A DNA stretch of 64,000 nucleotides from Octopus vulgaris (lineage: Eukaryota). Positions 24,006 through 35,956 of this stretch are shown piece after piece; the first letter of the stretch is position 1, and each line of letters opens with the position of its first letter. Under the pieces are notes generated by a model. The model did no database searches. It was given only the letters and a program-made list of their open reading frames with translations, and was not told the origin of the DNA. Both the position numbers and the translations under genes were made by a program. The stretch spans positions 42,966,001 through 43,030,000 of the forward strand of contig OX597817.1 of assembly GCA_951406725.2 (NCBI GenBank). Direction: 5' to 3'.

Positions 24006-24800
24006 AGGCAGCAAACTGGTAGAATCGTTAGCCAGTGAAATGCTTAGTAGTATTTCGTCTGTCATTCTGTTCCTAGTTCAAATTCCATGCAGGGTCAACT
24101 TTACCTTTCATCCTTGGGGGGGGGGGGATAAATTAAGTACCAGTTACGCACTGGTCTCCTTCCTAAAAATGCCAGGCCTTGTGCCTATAGTAGGAAGGAT
24201 TATTTGTGTTATCTAAAGCAGCAAATTCTTAGCATGCCAGGCGAAATGCTTAGTGGTATTTTGTCTGCCGTTACATTCTGAGTTCAAATTCCACTGAGGT
24301 CGACTTTGCTTTTCATCCTTTCGGGGTCGATTAAATAAGTACCAGTTATGCACTGGGATCGATATAATCGACTTAATCCGTTTGTCTGTCCTTGTTTGTC
24401 CTCTCTGTGTTTAGCCCCTTGTGGGTAGTAAAGAAATAGGTATTTTGTCTGCCACTATGTTCTGAGTTCAAATTCCACCGAGGTCAACTTTGCCTTTCAT
24501 CCTTTCAGGGTCGATCAAATAAGTACCAGTTGCGCACTGGGGTCGATATAATCGACTTAATCCGTTTGTCTGTCCTTGTTTGTCCTCTCTGTGTTTAGCC
24601 CCTTGTGGGTAATAAAGAAATAGGTATTTTGTCTGCTACTATGTTCTGAGTTCAAATTCCGCCAAGGTCAACTTTGCCTTTTATCCTTTCGGGATAGACA
24701 AATTAAGTACCAGTGAAACACTGAGGTTGATGTAATCGACTTAAACCCCTCCCCAAAAATTTCAGGCCTTGTACCAACCGTAGAAAGGATTATTCGTGTT
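24006..24800 (+). mobile_element. Tandem cluster of SINE family B units
   Basis: GGTATTTTGTCTGC recurs near 24255, 24439 and 24623 (period about 184 bp), with a further copy at 24006. Confidence 0.85.
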
Positions 24801-25410
24801 ATCTGGCTTTGTTCAATAGTCTATCTCATATGTTTGTTCAGTCTTTATTCTATCTACAAACCACAGTTGACTTAGATATTATCAGATCAATATTGACAAA
24901 GCTCTTCCTCCATTGATTATTAAGCCCTATCAATATTTAAACAAAGCAATAAAGAAAAACTATTAACCTGTCACATAGAATATATCTTTATATAAACACT
25001 ATTAAAATTACCTTTGATTATAAACATGTTGACAACTTGAGTGCTATTTGTCACATGATAGGTAACTGTGGAAGTAATCCTTTGCCACCATCGATTATGT
25101 CAGGTAATATGGCAAACATATGAAGGCAGTGAGCTGGCAGAACCATAAGCACACCAGGCTAAAAGCTGAGTGGCATTTCGTCCATCTTTGCATTCTGAGT
25201 TAAAATTCTTCAAAAGTTGACTTTGTCTTTTATCCTTTCGGGATTGACAAAACAAGTACCAGTTGCATCCTGGGGTCAATACAATCAACTTAACCCCTCC
25301 CCAAAAATGTCTGGCCTTGTACCAAAATTCGAAACCAATATGGCATACATACAATAATTATAATTTGGCTTCCATTAAATTTCTTGGTGCTTATACAAAA
25401 TGAAACGGAT

Positions 25411-25826
25411 ACTCTTTTACTCTTTTACTTGTTTCAGTCATTCGACTGTGGCCATGCAGGAGCACCGCCTTTAGTTGAGCAAATCGACCCCAGGACTTAT
25501 TCTTTGTAAGCCTAGTACTTATTCTATCGGTCTCTTTTGCTGAACCACTAAGTTACGGGGGTGTAAACACACCAGCATCGGTTGGCAAGCAATGTTAGGG
25601 GGACAAACACAGACACAGAAGCATACACACATACACACACACACACATATATATACATATATACGATGGGCTTCTTTCAGTTTCTGTCTAACTAATCCAC
25701 TCGCAAAATTTTGGTTGGCTCGAGACTACAGTAGAAGACACTTGCCCAAGGTGCCATGCAGTGGGACTGAACCCAGAACTATGTGGTTCATAAGCAAGCT
25801 ACTTACCACACAGCCACCCCTACACC
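25411..25826 (-). mobile_element. SINE family A
   Basis: Reverse-complement copy of the family. Confidence 0.88.
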
Positions 25827-26373
25827 TACTTTCAAAATTTTCAAAAGGAAAATATTTATTACCTGAAAATAAGACTATGTACTGGGTCATCCCATAAATA
25901 ATGCAGTTTTTTTCAATTGCATGAACAATTGCATGAGGATGGGATAAACTACCTGCATCAACTTGCTATAAAAGCAGGTAGAAATTTTATCTTGACCTTA
26001 TTCTCAGTGCAAGTTTTGAAGAGTGCAGTTTGATTTTAAGAGTAACAAAGGAGCATATTCAGCATAATTTACTTAATGAGATACTTGTTAGATTGTCTCT
26101 TATGTAAGCCATTACATGGTATTTTTATTACTTGGTATACTCAGAGAGAGAAAGAGAGACAGACAGACAGACAGAGACAGAGATAGAGGTCAATAAGTGG
26201 TTGTTCAATCTGCCAGAAATAGTAGCCAAATTTCCTAGAAGGATTCCCTGGTCTTCAAGCTATGCACCCTGTTGACTAACATTACTCCAGAGCTTATTCA
26301 GAGGAACCCCATTTCAGCTGCTTTTATTTGCAGTCATACCCTTTCAGTCAATACCCAACATTTGTGACCTTAA

Positions 26374-26594
26374 CCCTTTCATTACCAACCTGGCTGAAGC
26401 CGGCTCTGGCTCTGTAGTACAAATGTCTTGTTTTCATAAGTTTTGAATTAAAATCTTCCACTAAACCTTAGTCAGAATTAATGTTTCTAACACTAGCTTA
26501 ATGATAACTAAGTTATTTTACTAAATTCTTGGCTATATCTAAAATAATTGAGAGAAATACAGAGCATCTCAAAACAAATACAGTAACGAAATGG
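26374..26594. mobile_element. piggyBac-type MITE
   Basis: TTAA-CCCTTTCATTAC ... GTAACGAAATGG-TTAA. A second copy lies at 39902-40116. Confidence 0.8.
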
Positions 26595-26596
26595 TT

Positions 26597-27330
26597 AATA
26601 ATAATAATAATAATGAAATTATTGTATACAGTGCTCAGGTGCACCCACAACTTGTCAGAAAGTGTGTATAGAGTATATGCAGTAATGTACAAATGTCTGG
26701 AAAGCGAACAATGTATGAGTCAGATACATGCTTGTGTGTGTGTGGAGGGGAGAAAATCAGGTGTAGTGTTGGCGAATCTCAGAAAGCATGGAAATTTTGA
26801 AGGATGCAGTGCTCCGACAACTAACAACTGATGCCGGCAGTTTGTTCCATGCTTCAGCAACTCTCAGCATGACAAAATGTTTCCGAAAGTCATGGGAGCT
26901 GTGCTGTTTTCTGACTTTGTAAATATGTCCATGGGTGTTAGACAGGTGGAGTTCGAAAAGGTGCTCGGAGTTATTGTTTGTAAGATCGTTGATAATTTTA
27001 TGGGTGTCTGCCAAGTCAGCTGCCAGACGTCGGAGTTTCAATGTGTCCATGCCCAGGGAAGTAAGGCATTCAGAATATGGCAAATGCCTGATGGAGGGTA
27101 TTCTTTTGGTTGCATGTCGCTGAACAGCTTCCAGACAATTGATATCCTGGGCAAGATAGGGGTTCCAGACCGGTGATGCAAATTCCAGGTGAGGTCTTAC
27201 CATAGCTATATAAAGCCGCAGATAGATAGCTGGAGAGCAGCTCACAAAGGATTTGGTGAGTGATGCCAAGACACCCTCAACCTTCTTGACAATTTTAGCG
27301 ATGTGTTTTGTCCAACGCAAATTACTGTTA
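26597..27330 (-). mobile_element. CR1-clade LINE, 5'-truncated (ORF2 C-terminus and 3' UTR)
   Basis: Translates LYIAMVRPHLEFASPVWNPY...LEAVQRHATK...RRLAADL...WNKLP. (TTA)n tail. Confidence 0.93.
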
Positions 27331-27591
27331 AGTTAAAACAGGCACACAAACTGAACTGAAAATAGCAAGTTTGGGTTTTTTTCCTACTGTTCCCCTTTTG
27401 TGGCACATTACTTTACCAGCACCTGCAATTCTAGCATTCCATGAGACCCCTGCCCCTCATCACTCATGAATACAGCCTTGTAAACTGATGACAATGAAAT
27501 TATGATATTTTGTGAATATTTTTGTTAATATTATTGATATTGTTCAAAGTGTCAAACAGTAACTTGCTTTTTTATTATTTCTTCTCAATAG

Positions 27592-27763
27592 CCCTACTCC
27601 AGTTACCTTACAACAAGATTTAAACCAGTTGAGCTGTTTTCAAATCAGTTCCCTCAAGCTACAGTGTAATGAACATGATTATGAACCAGTATGTGGAGCA
27701 GATGGAAGGTCATTCAAATCACCATGCTATGCAGGCTGTCAATATCACAATATCAAAACCAAT
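27592..27763 (+). CDS. SLCO: SLCO/OATP exon (Kazal-like extracellular loop)
   Basis: Bounded by atag and gtatgt. Contains YEPVCGADGRSFKSPCYAGC. Phase 2-0. Confidence 0.95.
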
Positions 27764-28164
27764 GTATGTTTTTTTAATAGTAATAATACCGTTTTATTTG
27801 CTTTCAACCTTTTCTCTGTTTTCTTTGTTTTCTCTTTTCTGAATGTCCAACAGATCAAAACTGCACTGTCATGAATAAGGTTTTAAGTAACTGGATTATA
27901 TAATACTTGAAGGTGATTTGACCCACTTGATCAGGCATTTATCAATTCAATCAACAACTAAGTTACTCAGACTAGTGAGGGAGTTACTCTATAGTTGCAT
28001 GACCTGCTAGAAACAGCAATTAAATCTCCTATATGTCATACCTTAGAGACTTAAAAAGAAGGAGACATCTGCTAATGTGGTCTTGGATAAAAAGAAATGA
28101 AGGAATGGTCATGGATAGACTACCATTGGTAATGAGTTTATTTAATGCAGGCTACCCTGGGGGC

Positions 28165-28490
28165 TAATGGACATGTTTACAAAGTCAGAAAACAGCATAG
28201 CTTCCAAGACTTTCGGAAACATTTTTTCACGCTTAGAGTTGCTGAAGCATGGAACAAACTGCCGGCATCAGTTGTTGGTTGTCGAAGCACTGCATCCTTC
28301 AAAATTTCCATGCTTCCTGAGATTCGCCAACACAACACCTGATTTTCTCCCTCCATACACACGCAAGCATGTATCTGACTCATACATTGTTCACTTTCCA
28401 GACATTTGTACATTACTGCATGTACTTTATACGCACTTTTGACAAGTTGTGGTGCACCTGAGCACTGTTTACAATAATTTCATTATTATT
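28165..28490 (+). mobile_element. CR1 LINE 3' end
   Basis: Translates GHVYKVRKQH...FFTLRVAEAWNKLP. Inverted near-copy of 26605-26935. Confidence 0.92.
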
Positions 28491-29328
28491 AAATTTGATT
28501 TCAATAGGGTCTGAACTCAGAGCCTGAAGACCAGAACTAATGCTATACAGCAGTATTTCTGATGCTCTAACAACCCTGCCAGCTTATTGCCTTCCTGGAT
28601 GCTAAATAACAAATTTATGACTATTTTCTTATATGATTGATATTTTACTAATAACCAGAATCAAAGTTTTGCATACTAATTAAAACCATACTCTTAATTA
28701 GAAATAATTAATGTGAAAATCAACAATAAATTAAGGAAATGAGTAATGGCTTAGAGGCTAAATGGTCATCTGATTTAAACCAAGAGCATTAAAGTAATAT
28801 GTAAGATAATGAAAGTACGTACAGATGAGTACAGGACCCAGTATGGAACCTTGGGGTACTCTACATATTATGACTTATGCCTTGCAGCTCATTTGGTTCA
28901 ATTAGTCACATTATTTTAATGATATTCTTGTGATTGACTGCATTTATTGATAAATATTTTTGTTACATGAAAAAATCATATCACTCTTTCTGATAAATTT
29001 CTGCTTCTCCTAAATACTTTAAATATTCTTTAATATTCCAGAATAATTTATGTTGTTTGTTTGTACCAAAATACCTATCACATCTTCTGTTTAGTTCAGT
29101 GGTTCTCAGGTGGTGTCCATATGACCTTCAGGGGATGGTGTCCACATAAGAGTTTGTCGTTAAAGTTTATGTGAAATAACTTGGTTATACTTATACAATA
29201 AACAAAATGTTTTAATATTTTTTTATACAATTCCTAATAATAGTTCTATATTTAAAAGATGAGGAATTATGTACATTATTTACATTATTTACATTTGACA
29301 GATATTTGTCCTCATCTTGTTTGCTGTT

Positions 29329-29374
29329 AACACAACGTTTCGGCTGATATACCCTCCAGCCTTCATCAGGTGTC
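29329..29374 (-). ncRNA. Minimal type-I hammerhead ribozyme, canonical core, predicted cut between 29334 and 29333
   Basis: Minus strand reads GACAC-CTGATGA-A-GGCTG gagggtatat CAGCC-GAAA-CG-TT-GTGTT. Stem III is the palindrome AACGTT. Confidence 0.85.
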
Positions 29375-29421
29375 TTGGGGAAATTTTGAATCTGGGTTCT
29401 CATTCCTAAGGTATTTTTTGA

Positions 29422-29461
<40 letters not shown>

Positions 29462-29700
29462 GTTCAGGTCACTATTTGGAATCGAACTCAGAATCTTGGG
29501 GTTAGTAGTCCGCACTCTTAACCACTATGCCCACGGGCATATGGTGTAGTGGTTAAGAGCACGGGCTACTAACCCAAGATTCCATTTCAATTCCAAGCAG
29601 TGACCTGAACAATAATAATAATAATAATAAAAATAATAATAATAATAACAACATTGAAAAATACCTTAGGAATGAGAACCCAGGTTCGAAATTTCCCCAA

Positions 29701-29746
29701 GACACCTGATGAAGGCTGGAGGGTATATCAGCCAAAACGTTGTGTT
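29701..29746 (+). ncRNA. Hammerhead copy with GAAA changed to AAAA (G12A at 29734), predicted inactive
   Basis: GACAC-CTGATGA-A-GGCTG gagggtatat CAGCC-AAAA-CG-TT-GTGTT. Confidence 0.8.
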
Positions 29747-30123
29747 AACAACAAACAAGATGAGGACAAATATCCGTTGAATGTAAATAATGTACAATTC
29801 CTAATAATATTTAATTATGAAAAAGCAATCAGCTTTTTTTAAACATCAAATGGCTATGGGGGTCCAAAAGAGTGAAATAGGAATCAAAGGGGTCCATACA
29901 CAAAGAATGGTTCAGAACAACTGGTTTAGTTTCTTGCTATTTTCTCATACAATTAATATTATGGACATACAGTATCTGTTCTACAAGTCCTATCAAGTTA
30001 GCTTCTCATTCATTCTTTAAAAAAAATTACAATTTAATGTAAAGCCTTTTCAATTACAAGTATCACAAATTTAATTTTACAATTATGAGTTTACAATGCT
30101 ATTTATTGATATTTTTATTGCAG

Positions 30124-30281
30124 ACGTTTTCTAATTGTTCATGTGTTGGTAAAACTCAAATGGCAAAACCTGGTATATGTTCAAATACATGTTATGGAGG
30201 AATTTATCTAGCACTTGTCTTATCAATAAGAGCTTTTATCAGCTGCATAAGTTTTAGCTCAGTTATCACTGCTTTAATAAA
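30124..30281 (+). CDS. SLCO: SLCO/OATP exon (end of Kazal loop, TM10)
   Basis: Bounded by gcag and gtaagt. Translates TFSNCSCVGKTQMAKPGICSNTC...ITALI. Phase 0-2. Confidence 0.95.
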
Positions 30282-30600
30282 GTAAGTTGTTGCATGTTTT
30301 TCTTTTATCATTTAAATAAATATTAGTTTATGATATGCATAATGATTTATTTATTACCAGAGAAGAGAATTTGTTTAGAGCTCTACGGACAGATAAACAT
30401 GAGACAGGATCTGGTTAATTTACTATCAAGACATAATTTCTCAATTTCTTGCCTCCTCCACTGCTAGTTATGAAGTACTAGATGGGGTTCGGTAGTTTGT
30501 TCAAGGTGAGCTCCACACTATTTTTGAGACACAAACCCACAACCAAGTATTTTACTAAACAAAAAGAACCTGTACACACTAAAATGTGGTTGGTATTGGG

Positions 30601-30832
30601 ACGGCGAGCTGGCAGACACGTTAGCGCGCCGGGCGAAATGCTTAGCGGTATTTCGTCTGCCGTTACGTTCTGAGTTCAAATTCCGCTGAGGTTGACTTTG
30701 CCTTTCATCCTTTCGGGGTCAATAAATTAAGTACCAGTTACGCACTGGGGTCGATATAATTGACTTAATCCATCTGTCTGTCCTTGTTTATCTCCTCTGT
30801 GTTTAGCCCCTTGTGGGTAGTAAAGAAATAGG
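30601..30832 (+). mobile_element. SINE family B, young and CpG-rich copy
   Basis: GGCGAGCTGGCAGA...GAGTTCAAATTCC...CCCCTTGTGGGTAGTAAAGAAATA. Confidence 0.9.
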
Positions 30833-31395
30833 TATTGGGAATGGCTGGCATTGAAGTTTGTCACTGCCCTGCAGCTTGCTAGATCCTATTAAACTATCCA
30901 ATCAATGCCAGCATGGAAAATGGATATTTAATGACGATGATGATAATGTTGATGTCCTAATAAAACTTCCAAAAGTAAAAGAGGCAAGGTTTTTCTTTTA
31001 GACCAAAGAAAAGAGAAAAAAGAAAAATGTCAGTTTTGGATGGTTCACACTTGGAACTTTAAATCAATTAAACCCTCTAAGTCAATGCATTACCTAGGAA
31101 TCATGTGACCACCTTTAAAACTGACTTATTATTTGTGTTTGCATATGATTTAGTAATGCTTCTCAACCACAGTCATTGTCTGTTGTTTTGGGCATGTCGT
31201 CCTAGCACTTTAAATGTTAAACAAGTAAATATATACTTCTGGGCTTTGGCTGCTGTATACATTAACTTTCCTGATATTCTGCTTGTATCAAGCTAAATAT
31301 GATGGTGGAATTATATTTAAAACATTTCCTTTATTACTAACTTTTAAACCATCAAACGAGTCAGACATTCTAGTTAATTCAGTGCATTACTAGCA

Positions 31396-31439
<44 letters not shown>

Positions 31440-31441
<2 letters not shown>

Positions 31442-32545
31442 CATCATTGTCGTTTAACGTCTGCCTTCCATGCTGGCATGGGTTGGATGGTTTGACTGAG
31501 GACTGACAAGCCAGGAGGCTACACCAGGCTTCAACCTGATCTGGTAAGGACTCTACAGCTGGATGCCCTTCCTAATACCATCCACTCCGAGAGTGTAGTG
31601 GGTGCTTTTTACATGCCACTGGCATAAGTGCCAGTCAGGTAGTACTGGCATCGACCATGATTGAATGGTGCTTTTTACATGCCAGTGGCATGGGAGCTAG
31701 TCAGGCAGCACTGGTAGCAACCATGCTTGAATGTTGCTTTTTATGTGCCACTGGTATAGGACCAGTGAGGCGACACTAGCATTGACCATGTTCAAATGGT
31801 GCTTTTTACATACCACCAGCACAAGAGCCAGTCAGACGGCACTGGCAATGATCACACTCAAATGGTGCTTTTTATGTGCCACCAGTACGGGACCAGTCAA
31901 TTGACACTGGCATCAACTATGCTTGAATGGTGCTTTGTACGTGCCACAAGCATGGGCACCAAACAGGCGGCACTGTCATCGGTCACGACGACTTTACTTG
32001 CCTCAACATGTCTTTGCAAATGCAGTTTATTGCCCAATGATTGAAGAGTACTCTTAAATGGGCTGGTTATGCTGCACTGGCATAGGCCACTGTTATGGTC
32101 CCACTTGGCTTGCTGGGTCTTCTCAAGCAGAGATAATCTCCAAAGGTCTCAGTCACTTGTCATCGCCTTGCTGATGCCGAATATTTGAAGGTCATGCTTC
32201 ACCACCTCATCCCAGGTCTTCCTACCTCTTCCACAGGTTCCCTCTACTGCTAGGATGTGACACTTTTTCACACACCTATCCTCATCCATATGCAAGACAT
32301 GACCATACCAGCACAGTCGTCTCTCTTGCATACCACATCTGATGCTTCTTATGCCCAACTTTTCTCTCAGGGTGCTTATACTCTGTCATGTATGCACACT
32401 GACATTACACATCCAGCAGAGCATACTAGCTTCATTCCTTGCAAGCTTACACATACTCTCAGCAGTCATGTCCCATGTTTCACTCCCATGTTGCATGGCT
32501 TTTTGCACACATGCGTCATACAGTCTACTTTTTACTCTGAGCAAG
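31440..32545 (-). mobile_element. RTE LINE: ORF C-terminus, 3' UTR with 60-bp repeats, and (GAT)n tail
   Basis: Translation [11 protein letters not shown]...HGSETW...[12 protein letters not shown]...GRGRKTWDEVV is contiguous with the repeat-bearing UTR. Confidence 0.9.
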
Positions 32546-32633
<88 letters not shown>

Positions 32634-32668
32634 TATATATATGTATATATATATAAATATATATACAT

Positions 32669-32700
<32 letters not shown>

Positions 32701-32819
32701 GTATACGTATATCTATGCATATACATATATGAGCCTGGCATGGCTGGAGAAGGAAACATTTATTTTCATTTTATATATATATATATGTATAATATTAAAG
32801 TTAGATAAGGCTGGTTTAT

Positions 32820-32880
32820 GGGATTACCTTAGGTTTCACATCCATAAAGGGTTTAGCTTTATGGCATATCATCAGATGCC
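32820..32880 (-). ncRNA. Type-I hammerhead ribozyme, canonical core, predicted cut between 32825 and 32824
   Basis: Minus strand reads GGCAT-CTGATGA-TATG CCATAAAG ctaaacc CTTTATGG ATGT-GAAA-CCTAAGG-TA-ATCCC. It sits in an island of about 105 bp between (TA)n tracts. Stem I has one mismatch. Confidence 0.75.
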
Positions 32881-32892
32881 AAAACCTGTCGG

Positions 32893-32942
<50 letters not shown>

Positions 32943-32992
32943 TATATATCATATCATACACACACACATGCATGCACACATATGCATACATA

Positions 32993-33194
32993 CAAGGGGG
33001 TGCTGAAAAGTACCTGGCTTTAAGGTTTTCATGAAAGGTCTGTTTAGAGTTCTTTTAGCGGGCTTAGAAAAACTGAAGGACTGCTGCAATAAGTGTATGA
33101 ATCTGAGAGGGGAATATGTTGAATAAAATCATAATTAACTGATCCTCCTGTATTTTCTTTTACCCAAAGCCAGGAACTTTTCAGCAATCCCTCA
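32993..33194. mobile_element. Mariner-derived MITE
   Basis: TIRs GGGGTGCTGAAAAGTACCTGGCTTT and AAAGCCAGGAACTTTTCAGCAATCCC; internal mariner-like C-terminal remnant (LRGEYVE*). Confidence 0.75.
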
Positions 33195-33598
33195 TGTGTG
33201 TGTATGCACACACACACACACATACACAGATATATATCATTTTCATAATTATTTTTATGCTTGCCTTTTCCATGTCAGCAGGGTTTTCTATACAGTGTAC
33301 GGTGTAAAGGCAGGTGAGTTCAATGTCTGTTTAGCATAATGCCAGCAATGGAATACAAGCTCACAGTTCTTGTACTATGAAATTTGATACCTTTTCCATC
33401 TCATGACTACTATTCCTCAATATATATATATATAATTAATACAGACAGCAATATGTTAGTGAAAGTGGAAATTATAATTATCACTAAATATTTATATACT
33501 GACAGGTCAGTATATAAGTATACAATTACATGCTTTGACTGCAGCATGAGAGCATTTTAGCTCTTATTTCTAGCAATGTAGGAGTTCCAACACCCTAG

Positions 33599-33655
<57 letters not shown>

Positions 33656-33670
33656 TGGATGGATGGATGG

Positions 33671-33728
<58 letters not shown>

Positions 33729-33765
33729 TGGATGGATATATATATATATATATATATATATTATT

Positions 33766-33796
<31 letters not shown>

Positions 33797-33901
33797 AGAT
33801 GGATGGATATATATATATATATATATATAACTCAAAAATAACTTTTTCTAACAATAACTTTCTAAATATCATAATCAGTTTATCTAAATATTCTGTTCCA
33901 G

Positions 33902-33966
33902 GTGTGTTGGTGAATCAGATAAGGCCGTCCCATTTTCTATATTTATCTTCACTTCAACACTTATAG
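33902..33966 (+). CDS. SLCO: SLCO/OATP 65-bp exon (TM11), not in the ORF track
   Basis: Bounded by ccag and gtaaga. Translates (K)CVGESDKAVPFSIFIFTSTLI(G). Phase 2-1, which bridges the flanking exons exactly. Confidence 0.92.
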
Positions 33967-34233
33967 GTAAGATTTCAACTTTCAAAGTTATGATTTAATT
34001 CCTTCCATATGTTTTTCTCTGTAAAAACAATATCAAGCAGAGTGAACTTTCTAATAACTAAGACATGACTTCAACAAAAAGTAGAGAAAAATAAATATAT
34101 CTTCAATCTCTTCATTATAAAAAAATCACAAATATTATATTTCACTGTTGTGTAGCAAGTAACTTGATCTGACTTCATGTGCGGGAGCTGAAGGAACAAC
34201 ATCTGAGAGTCATTCTAGCCATTTAATAACACC

Positions 34234-34561
34234 GTGGAGGCACATGGCCTAGTGGTTAGAGCAGCGGACTCACGGTCGAGGGGTCGCGTGTTCGAATCTC
34301 AGACCGGGTGATGTATGTGTTTATGAGCAAAACACCTAAGCTCCACGCAACTCCAGCAGAAGGTAACGATGAACTTCAGCTGACTCATTCGTCACAACTT
34401 TCTCTCAGTCTCTCCTCCTGCATCTAGCAGCTCATCTGCGACGGACTGGCGTCCCGTCCAGGTGGGGTACCTATACGCCAATGAAACTGGGAAACTGGTC
34501 CTTTTGAGTCAGACATGACTTGAGAAGGAACAAACAACCACAACAACAACAAAACAAACAA
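34234..34561 (+). mobile_element. SINE family C with TSD
   Basis: TSD CATTTAATAACACC at 34220-34233 and 34562-34575. (CAA)n tail. Confidence 0.9.
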
Positions 34562-34939
34562 CATTTAATAACACCTAGAATTATTTTAAATTAATTGTGA
34601 ATTATTTCAGGAGATACAACTGTAACTTGGTCTTTGGCACAGTTCCAAAATAATTTGAAATTTAAAAGTTATTAAATTGACCCTGGCGCTTATTTTTTTA
34701 ATGTCTGGTTTTGCCAAGCTGCTGAGATACAGGGACATAAACAAACCAATATCAGTTTTCAGCTGGTGGTGAGAAGGTACACACACATATAATAGGCTTC
34801 CACACAGTTTCTCTCTACCACATGGTTCCAAGTTCAGTCCCACTGCGTGGCACCTTGGGCAAGTGTCTTCCACTATAGCCTTGGGCCGACCAAAGTGTGG
34901 ATTTGATAGGTGGAAACTGAAAGAAGCCTGTTATATATA

Positions 34940-35200
34940 TGAGGGTATAAAAGTAATGTCATTTTGTTTAGGACAGGTATAATTACCAACACAGGAACAT
35001 GTATCATACACCAAAATGAAGCTGGTCCTCTGCAGATCACATCCCTACTTCTCAACATAGTCACTGTTTCCCTCAATAGCAATGTTCCACCTTCAAATGA
35101 GAGCATGTATCCCTGCCCTGTAAAATTCTGTTGACTGTTCTTTGAGCCACTTCTTATACCTGTCCTAAACAAAATTGTATTACTTTTTGACCCACCCTCG
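34940..35200. mobile_element. Mariner-derived MITE nested in the TA tract of a family A SINE (34820-35420)
   Basis: Same TIRs as 54342-54890. Confidence 0.8.
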
Positions 35201-35510
35201 TATATATATGTATGTATGCATGTTTGTGTTTGTCCCCCAGCATTGCTTGACAATGGAAGTTGGTGTTTTTACGTCCCCATAACTTAGCAGTTCAGTAAAA
35301 AAGATAGACAGAAAAAGTACTAGGCTTACAAAGAATAAATTTCGGGGTCAATTCGTTCCACTAAAGGCAGTGCTCCAGCATGGCTGCAGTCAAATGATTG
35401 AAACAAGTAAAAGAATAAAAGAATTATTTAGGCCAAAATTTTTGTTGCACTATCTGCAACCTGATTACTGACACAGTTCCATCATAACTGGTCTGAGACA
35501 AAGCTGTTGG

Positions 35511-35549
<39 letters not shown>

Positions 35550-35956
35550 ATAATAATATTAAGGAGTATAACTCCAAACTTACAGGGAAAAATTAAATGT
35601 AGTATTAAATCAAATTTCACAGTATAAATATATAAATTAGAGATAAATCCACTATTATGCAATTCAAACAATGATAGACATAAACCAAAACATAAATAAC
35701 AAATAAAATATATTTTTATAAAACATAACTAGATCACAAAAAGTATAAAAATGAATAATCAATAAATAATATTATATATTGATTATTCATTGTTTATGTT
35801 TTGGCTTATGTCTATCATTGTTTGAATTGCATAATAGTGGTTTTATCTCTAATTTATATCTTATTTATATATATAAGCCTCAGAGTTTTAAATAAGATAT
35901 TTTTTTCTCTCATTTGGGGAACTTTCAAAACTAACATTTAAGCTTTATCATTTCAG

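Larger units (their letters stand above)
29243..29792. mobile_element. Palindromic element: two divergent units of tRNA-like head + (AAT)n + hammerhead
   Basis: Arms at about 29270-29530 and 29540-29795 are reverse complements. Flanked by the 17-bp direct repeat TACAATTCCTAATAATA at 29226-29242 and 29793-29809. Confidence 0.88.
29097..29923. mobile_element. hAT-type MITE (host of a nested palindromic element)
   Basis: Ends CAGTGGTTCT and AGAACAACTG. Perfect 8-bp TSD GTTTAGTT at 29089-29096 and 29924-29931. Confidence 0.88.

Noticed and set aside
27484-27500. CTGATGACAATGAAA as a hammerhead core
   Set aside because: There is no room for stem II and no stems I or III.
29535-29600. tRNA-like heads (here and in SINE families A-D) as real tRNA genes
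   Set aside because: They have no complete cloverleaf and are fused to repeat bodies.
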